Positions 39,442 to 46,356 of a stretch of DNA of 46,356 nucleotides are shown here, piece by piece. This stretch comes from Basidiobolus ranarum (taxonomy: Eukaryota): NCBI GenBank assembly GCA_040143965.1, contig JASJQH010006899.1, forward strand, positions 1 to 46,356, in the 5' to 3' direction. The notes beneath the pieces were generated by a model that saw nothing but the letters and a program-made list of their open reading frames with translations, was not told the origin of the DNA and searched no databases. Position 1 is the first letter of the stretch; the number at the start of each line of letters is the position of its first letter. The position numbers and the translations under genes are program-made.

Positions 39442-41133
39442 TTAGGCGGCTACCAACCAAGGATTGCCGGTTAGCCCAACAATTCCACACGAAAAAGCAG
39501 CTACACCGAGGCCAGTCCAAGAGAGATAAGTTCCGAACTCACGCGTGGATGGATTCTCTGTTGTAAATAGCAATGTACCACCGATGACTGTAGCAAAGAG
39601 GATATGTAGCAGAACACTAGGATAACCACTCATTTCCATGAATCCCAACAGTATCAATGCAATTGGCATAGTTGAAGAGAATTGGTTTAGGTTGGTGACT
39701 GAACGACGTAATTCCAACAGTGGGCCCTCAGGTCTGTAAGGCTCGTACGATGATTTCTCTGATCTTTCAACGACAGCTGCGCTTCTCGATAACTCAGCAG
39801 ATCCATCTCCGGAGAAAGTGATAGTTCTTTTTCTGTGAAGCCAAGCACGGCGGGACAATAAAATAAAATGAATGGCAATAATCGATGCATAGAAGGTAGA
39901 TAGCTGAGGATAACTAGGTGTACTCCCGATAGAAGGCTCGATCAATCCAGAATTGTGAGTTGGATATTTAGAGTTTTGCTGTATATAACCTCTAACATGA
40001 TCCCAGTTTGACTGTGCACGATCTTTAATATCTTCTGCCCCTTTCTCAAATTGATCGGGGAAGCTTGTAACAGTTGGTACATTATTCTTTAACTTGGAGG
40101 CAGCTTGATTCTTCAGATCGTCAGCATTTTGAGTCACTTGAACGACATTCTCAGATACTTGACTCAATTTATCACCAACATAGTCATGGGCTTCATCCCA
40201 AGCTGACTGTCCCTTATCTACAAAATCGTTGATGTAATCTTCACCCTGCTCTTTATATTTTTCAGCTGTATCTTTCACGTTCTCCGCTGCTCCTTTAAGT
40301 TTGCCCTTAGCTTCATCATAATAACCAGCAAAAGCATCTTGCGCATTCTCACCTTGCTGAAGTGCCCCGTTCTTGAGATCGTCTGCTGATAACTTGACGT
40401 AGTTGTTTACATAGTTGTAATAGTCTTCTCCTTCCTCTCTAGCTTTGTCATAGTAATTTTGAGCTTTACGGGAAGCTTCGGAAGAACCATCTTTGATCTG
40501 AGAAGTCGCAGATTCAGCATATTCACCTGCTGCTCCAGTAGCCCTATCCTTCCAGTTTACTGCATCATGAGCATATTCGGCAGCCTTCTGCTTGGCGTGC
40601 TCCCAAGAATCGCCAACTTTTTCAGTTGCTTGGGAACCTAGAGATGTGGCACTTGAGTAAGCATCGCCGGCCATATTTTTGCCGTCTTCATATTGATCCT
40701 TCAGTCGTTCATAGTGGTCGCTAACATAGTTCTGGCCATCCGATACCTTACCATTGGCCTGGTGTTTGACAGAATGATAACCATGTTGTACTCCTACTTT
40801 TCCTTCGTTAGCAACACGATTGGCCTTATTTTTAGCTTCATCATACAGGTACTGGGCATCATTTTTGATGTTCTCATACTGATGATTGCCCTTATTCTTG
40901 ATGGAATTGTATTGGTATCCGGCTTCACCTTTTAGATATTCGTATCCATCTGCCACATTGTCTTTTAACTCTTCGTATTTGTTATTTACATTGTCGGTAG
41001 CATCTTCCAAGGTAGATTGAGCTGCTTGACCTGCGTCTTGTGCAGCATGCTTTACCTTCTCAATTGGAGTGTCATGATGAAACATGGATTTAACTCGGTC
41101 AGCGATGTTGACATATCCATTGTGATCAAGCAT
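39442..41133 (-). CDS. Intronless 563-aa LEA-like 11-mer repeat protein with a C-terminal MAPEG-like membrane domain
   Basis: About 390 aa of hydrophilic A/D/E/K/Q/Y-rich sequence with 11-residue periodicity (NKYEELKDNVA/DGYEYLKGEAG/YQYNSIKNKGN/HQYENIKNDAQ), followed by about four hydrophobic segments. Confidence 0.85.
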   Translation of the reverse strand: MLDHNGYVNIADRVKSMFHHDTPIEKVKHAAQDAGQAAQSTLEDATDNVNNKYEELKDNVADGYEYLKGEAGYQYNSIKNKGNHQYENIKNDAQYLYDEAKNKANRVANEGKVGVQHGYHSVKHQANGKVSDGQNYVSDHYERLKDQYEDGKNMAGDAYSSATSLGSQATEKVGDSWEHAKQKAAEYAHDAVNWKDRATGAAGEYAESATSQIKDGSSEASRKAQNYYDKAREEGEDYYNYVNNYVKLSADDLKNGALQQGENAQDAFAGYYDEAKGKLKGAAENVKDTAEKYKEQGEDYINDFVDKGQSAWDEAHDYVGDKLSQVSENVVQVTQNADDLKNQAASKLKNNVPTVTSFPDQFEKGAEDIKDRAQSNWDHVRGYIQQNSKYPTHNSGLIEPSIGSTPSYPQLSTFYASIIAIHFILLSRRAWLHRKRTITFSGDGSAELSRSAAVVERSEKSSYEPYRPEGPLLELRRSVTNLNQFSSTMPIALILLGFMEMSGYPSVLLHILFATVIGGTLLFTTENPSTREFGTYLSWTGLGVAAFSCGIVGLTGNPWLVAA

Positions 41134-41195
41134 GTTGTTGTAGTAATAAGAGTTGGAGAAAAGAAATTGACTTGAGAGTGATAGTGGTACTTCTC

Positions 41196-41565
41196 AGGGT
41201 TATATACGTGAGTAGATCCAAATCAATGTTCACTTCTTCCAGGTTAGAAATTGATCAAACTATAGTGATGAATCAGTCCTACTGTGCTGGTAACTTCGTG
41301 ACGTGTGGTTTCGCTATACTAAATTCTTAATAGAAATGAGCACAGTCATTAGGTATCTTTCAATATCAAACCAATCATATATATTTATGTAATAATTGTC
41401 ACTCTTATTGAAATTTACTATCTTTTTCGCAGGCCGCAGATGACATATGTCTTATAGCTTTCTGGATGAGTTAGCATTTACTTAGTTGGAGTCATTGTAT
41501 AAGATAACTGACGTCACATTTTTAATATGGTTTAGCTGAATATGCTATGAGGGAACTGTGACGTG
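41196..41565 (-). promoter_or_regulatory. Putative promoter of the LEA-like gene: TATA box plus CRE/ATF-like sites
   Basis: TATATAA on the minus strand at ~41199-41205; TGACGTCA at 41509-41516; TGACGTG at ~41299 and ~41559. Confidence 0.45.
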
Positions 41566-41720
41566 ATTGATATGGATGTAGTAATGATGGCTGCCGTTTT
41601 TTAAAAACTTTATTGCGTTGATGCGACAAATTTAGTTGATGTAGCATGTGCTTTGGGTTTTGGTAAAGAGAATTATATACCTTCGTGGAAATCCTCCGCT
41701 CAGTTTGTGCTCCTCTTTTC

Positions 41721-41810
41721 CTATCATGTTTCATCATGTTTCATCATGTTTCATCATGTTACGGCATGTTACGGCATGTTACGGCATGTTGCTGCATGTT
41801 ACAGCTTGTT
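41721..41810. repeat. 10-bp tandem repeat, nine units with a CATGTT core
   Basis: CTATCATGTT (TCATCATGTT)x3 (ACGGCATGTT)x3 GCTGCATGTT ACAGCTTGTT. Confidence 0.95.
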
Positions 41811-41984
41811 TAACTCACTTCTTAACTACATAATATCTTGGCTTGGCAACCCCAATGCATCCATTTCTAACAAATAATCAGGAGTTACTGCGGTCGGGTG
41901 GTACATCAATTTTCTTGGCAGCGTGATCAACATTGTAATACTTATAGCTTAATTTCTGGACAAGAAACGTACCTTACCCTAACT

Positions 41985-42482
41985 ATGACATCAAAGCCTA
42001 ACGATAAAGAATCTCAACAAGCGTTGATTCCTCAAGGAACCCCTCCTTCATACGATCAAAGCACTTCTGTTCAAGGAAGTCCACAGCCTGGTGTACCCAA
42101 TCCACTTTATCCTTCTCTTCCTACTTCGTATCCTTACGTAGCCGTACCAGATCAATACTCCTATCAAAGAACCGAGAATTTTTCTACCGTACCATGCCCC
42201 ACATACCCACATTATATCGCTCAGCAAGCACAACCACAACAGCTTAACAATAACTCTCCTCTGTACCCTTTTAATGTACCAAAATATCACTACCAACCAC
42301 TCATTGGTAGTAATCCTAACCCAGCTTCACAAATTTGTGGTGCAGGTGGTGAGCACCAGTTTGATAAGGAATTTACTTTAGGAGGAATATTCCTTGCCGT
42401 GTTTTTCTTTCCACTTGGGATCCTTCCCTGCTTGTGCATGACCGACAAACGTTGTACTAAGTGTGGGGGCCGCTTTGATTAG
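41985..42482 (+). CDS. BRI3/DUF2367-like Pro/Gln/Tyr-rich membrane-associated protein, intronless
   Basis: PPSY motif in a P/Q/Y-rich N-terminus; C-terminal CGAGGEH...FTLGGIFLAVFFFPLGILPCLCMTDKRCTKCG. ATG 41985 is preferred over the GTG start in the ORF track. Confidence 0.8.
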   Translation: MTSKPNDKESQQALIPQGTPPSYDQSTSVQGSPQPGVPNPLYPSLPTSYPYVAVPDQYSYQRTENFSTVPCPTYPHYIAQQAQPQQLNNNSPLYPFNVPKYHYQPLIGSNPNPASQICGAGGEHQFDKEFTLGGIFLAVFFFPLGILPCLCMTDKRCTKCGGRFD

Positions 42483-42975
42483 AGAGTACTATACTGCTCG
42501 ACTGGATTCTGTATTCATATAATTTCTTCGACGCAGGGCTTAATCATGCCAGTATTTGTACACTTTTAAGTAATCCATTCTAATATACCGTTATCAACAA
42601 TAAACTAAATTTTTTAAAATGAAGTATCGAAAGTTAACTAAATCATGGTTTTTTTGTGTTCTTACTGATAAGAATTGAGTAGTATTACTATGTGTATACT
42701 CTATATTAAAAGAAATGGAATATTCGTGTGCAACTTACCAACAGAACATTCGCTAAGGCTCTTTTGATGTGTGGAACTTACCAGAACAACCGTTTTATTA
42801 CTAAAATGGAAGTAGATACAAAACCAGGTGCTTAAGTTGTTACCTAGTTTCAGATGACAATCGATGTCAATTACAATGATCAATTTATTTACTTGTATAT
42901 GAGATGAGGATTGACTCGGTGCAAACAATCTAACTTCATGATACTGTTTATATTATCTTGGGTTGGTTCCATTGT

Positions 42976-43982
42976 TTATAATAGTACATCAACCTCCATA
43001 CAGTTTGTGATGGCAGTGGAACAACTTGAAATAGCATCACAAATTTCCTTGATCAGACGTGGGTCGTTAGTAGTTTGAAGACTATTACGAAGTTGATTCA
43101 TCTTGTCACTTAAAGTATCAACCATAGCATCATGGTCATATATGCTTGTCGCGGCAAAGTTTCTCTTCTGGCTTTGTGCGACTGGAGTTGGTTGCTGATA
43201 ATAAGAAAAAATACCTTAGCACATAAACCATGATAAGATGTATTGAAAAAGGCCTAAAATACCTCTTTGTGGGTCTCTTGGCTGACAACTGGAGCTGGAG
43301 GAATTTGGTCTTTCATTTGTGGCTTGGCATCGTTATCTGGAACGGCGGGCTTTGTGTCAATAGGGTTTTGATGACTTTGAGAATTTTCTACGTCAGCATC
43401 CTGTTCACGAAGGTAATTTTTCTGACAAATAACGCAGTGAAGATGTTTATCTTGTCTACTACGAATTAATGGTACCTAAATATATAATAAAAATAAAACA
43501 TTACTATTTACTCGTGTATCCAATTGTTATAAGAATAAATCATACCCCATAGCAACTCTCATTGGGACATACATCCTCCATCATGGCCCAACCTTGAAGC
43601 ATCTTGGCTCCGATCAGTTTCGAAGCTTGTTGAGATTGAACTCTTCTTTTTTCAGCTTCGTCTGGTTTGATCGCACTGTATGTGTCGTCTTCCTGTTCTG
43701 AGGTATTTTGTACTTCATTTGAAAGAGGAGATTTTTTTGGCTCAGATTTGCTCTGCTTTTCTGGATCGTCACATAGCACACAAAATTTGATCTTGTTATC
43801 TTTAGAACGCATTAGAGGAACCGAACATGAGGGTGTCGAACATGTATCATCCATTAATACCTAACAAGAAGAGAATTTAGCAATGGAGGAATATCTCAGT
43901 ATGATTAAATAGTTCAGATATTTACCCATCCTTTAAGTAGGTAATTTCCAATAAGATTGGCGGCATGGTCAAGGTTACTCAT
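42976..43982 (-). CDS. SSSCA1/ZNRD2-like protein with two Auto_anti-p27 zinc-ribbon repeats, multi-exon
   Basis: LIGNYLLKGW|VLMDDTCSTPSCSVPLMRSKDNKIKFCVLC and SKLIGAKMLQGWAMMEDVCPNESCYG|VPLIRSRQDKHLHCVIC; C-terminal helix RLIKEICDAISSC. Exact 3' end uncertain. Confidence 0.85.
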
Positions 43983-44222
43983 GTGGAATTGAATTATGTC
44001 CGAGAGGATTCAAGCTAACTGAAGGGTCTTCTCACCACAATAGTGTATGCCACTTAAGTGTTACCCATGTATTAAATTTTTTGTCGAAAATACGAGATGG
44101 TAAAATAAGTTATTGGCTGCATGTTTGATGTGACTGTTATTGGAATAGATTTCATTGTTTAAATAGTGATTTAATTGAAATATAAATTGATGAGTAAAAT
44201 TCATAAAAGTACATGTGAAAAA

Positions 44223-46356
44223 CTATTGCAGTTTGGGTTTGGTAGGATTAGCTTCACGAATTAATTTCAAGAATACTTCCTCGAGAGTAGTTTGTGATAT
44301 ACCCCATGCTTGAACTATGCGACCATTTGGATTCTCAGCATCTTCTTCTAGGAATCTGACAAATACAGGAATATGTTGCATGCATTCCAATGGAAATTGA
44401 TAGATAAGCGACCCAGCAGAATCATCTTCAAGCTTGACCCCAGGTACCATTTTAGTAACGATGCTTCGAACCTGAGCATTGTGTTCGGGATGAACAACCA
44501 TAGATATGCGATATCCGGCACCAAATTTGTTTTTCAATTGAATGGAATTACCCAGCGCGCTGAAAATCCCTTAATAGTAAGTAAATGTTGGAGATGGATG
44601 TAACAATAAACTCCCACCTTAAACGACCAAGAGCCATAATGGCAATGCGATCTCCTAGGACGTCGGCTTCTTCCATCGAATGTGTAGTCTTATAAGGAAT
44701 GGTTAGTTGGGTTCAAAAGGTAAATACAGCTACTTAGATTACCAGGATGATGACTCGGTTTTGCTTAAATTTCTCGATAAATGACCAGACATGGCGTCTG
44801 TTGACGGGGTCCATACCTATCGCAAAAGAATCTTGATCAGTATGTGCATATATATGACGAAACCTTTGAAATGACTTTACCAGTGGTAGGTTCATCCATA
44901 AAGACAATCTTTGGGTCACCAAGAGTGGAGATAACAACACTTAATCTACGCTTCATTCTGAAAGATCCATTAGTACAGTTGTTTCATCAGATACACATAT
45001 AAAAATCACCAACCCTCCGCTATATGCCTCTGATCGTTTATTGGCCACCTTCCACAGTCTAACAGCCTCGAGTCTGGACTTGACGAGACCAGGGATTTCC
45101 TTACGGGGGACACCTTTAAGACCAGCGTATAATTCGATATGTTCGGCTGCAGTCAAGTCGTCGAATAGGATATCATGCTATTTAGATAAATGTTATTACG
45201 CTGCATCATCATCCTAAGCACAAATTTTGTTTACCTGTGGACAAACTCCTAGCATTCCTCGAATAATATCAATATCGTCAGAGCGAGTGTAGCCAAAAAA
45301 CCAGGCATCGCCACTTGAGGCTGGAGTCAATCCTGAAAGAATGTTCATAGTAGTACTAAATATAAGGTATAAGTGTTGAGAAGCGAAGTGGACACTATAT
45401 TTACAACACTTACCTCTTGCCTGCGCCGTTTTGACCTAGCAACGCTAACCTGAAGAATAAATTCTAATAAGTATGACATTTAAGAAGTATTAGCTCTATC
45501 GATTTTCCATTACAATTTTCCTTCTTGTAGAGTAAGACAAAGATCACGGACGGCAACTTTGTCAAGTTTTGACTTTTTGAACATTCCGTTTTTGTAGACC
45601 TTTCGAAGGTTGGCAATTCTGATGGCAGCAGGATATTCTAAAATCTAAGGTTTAGTACTCGAGATTCCACTGATCCCCTGGTTTATTTAGATCTACCTGT
45701 ATCGTATAGTGCTTCACGCTCACGGCTAACATCATCATCTTCATTTTCTGGTGTCTGGAATTGTAAGATTGTTAATCAGTTTCCCGTGAAATCTATACAA
45801 ATGATACACATACTAGCTTAAGACGTGAGTGCTGACTCTTGACGTGCTGTAACCAATTTCCAAGATCGTGGTTGGATGAGCGTTTTGTTATCCAGTAGGT
45901 TGGTTTAAGGAAGAACCAAGGAGGGTAACAAAAGCCAAATTCATCAGGAATGATTTTATCGAAATACCTAGAATGATAAGAAATCAATATAAGATGTCGC
46001 TATTATTCTGTATCTCTAAAAGAATACCATGTAAGCGCCCCATAAAGGCCAATATTCATCAACAGTAAATACCAAGACATTACTGGTGGTGGCACATTTG
46101 GATAATTTCCTTCCAGACCAGAGACTGGTTGGTCAAATGCCCGAATGAAAAGATCCTTCCACGCAAACCCTAATGTAAAGAGTTAAGCTCAAGCATACCA
46201 TTACTAATACAATCATATAAACATCCTACCAGGGCCGGGGATCAAGGTATTGGACAACGTGTCCAGTTTACCCGCAGTGAGTAAAGATATATCGAGGAAT
46301 ATTTTACCAAAATTGAAGAAAGGAAAGAACATTAAAACTAAAGCAATGTTAGTGAG
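44223..46356 (-). CDS. ABCA-subfamily transporter, 3' part (end of TMD, NBD and regulatory region); 5' end outside the window
   Basis: WYFDKIIPDEFG...PPWFFLKPTYW; Walker A LLGQNGAGKST; GVCPQHDILF; signature YSGGMKRRLSV; FMDEPTTGMDP; TTHSMEEADVLGDRI; LKNKFGAGY; TTLEEVFLKL. Confidence 0.95.

Noticed and set aside
41721-41810. Repeat array considered as CRISPR-like
   Set aside because: Units are 10 bp with no unique spacers, the context is eukaryotic and there are no cas genes.
42640-42975. Minus-strand splice-like signals (two GTAAGT) and a 75-aa ORF downstream of the SSSCA1-like gene
   Set aside because: I could not build a coherent spliced ORF; may be UTR introns or chance.

Overview
Gene-dense, intron-rich eukaryotic DNA that looks fungal: introns are mostly about 50-80 nt, GT-AG, often with CTAAC branch points. 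The gene content points to an early-diverging fungus (Zoopagomycota/Mucoromycota-like; inference): fungal Nur1/Mug154 and a Dph6-Rid fusion occur with ferroportin, PUS10, CTDSPL2-like, NUDCD1, ABCA and a U12-type intron. The first ~2.45 kb holds the 5' end of a Ty1/copia element (gag, PBS, LTR) and a nest of four related ~350-bp LTR copies, and contains no CpG. The rest holds about 18 genes: CTDSPL2-like phosphatase, a hidden spliced 49-aa basic microprotein absent from the ORF track, NUDCD1, an amino-acid transporter with a minor (U12) intron, DPH6, a Siz/PIAS SUMO ligase, Nur1, PUS10, an acyl-CoA dehydrogenase with a PTS1-type end, ferroportin, a ~1000-aa helical protein that may be a remote Gemin4 homolog, SEC8, GPI7, TIP41, an intronless LEA-like repeat protein with a degenerate MAPEG-like membrane domain, a BRI3-like protein, an SSSCA1-like protein and the 3' part of an ABCA transporter. 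All family calls come from motifs recognised by eye; no searches were run. Gene spans run from start to stop and include introns.
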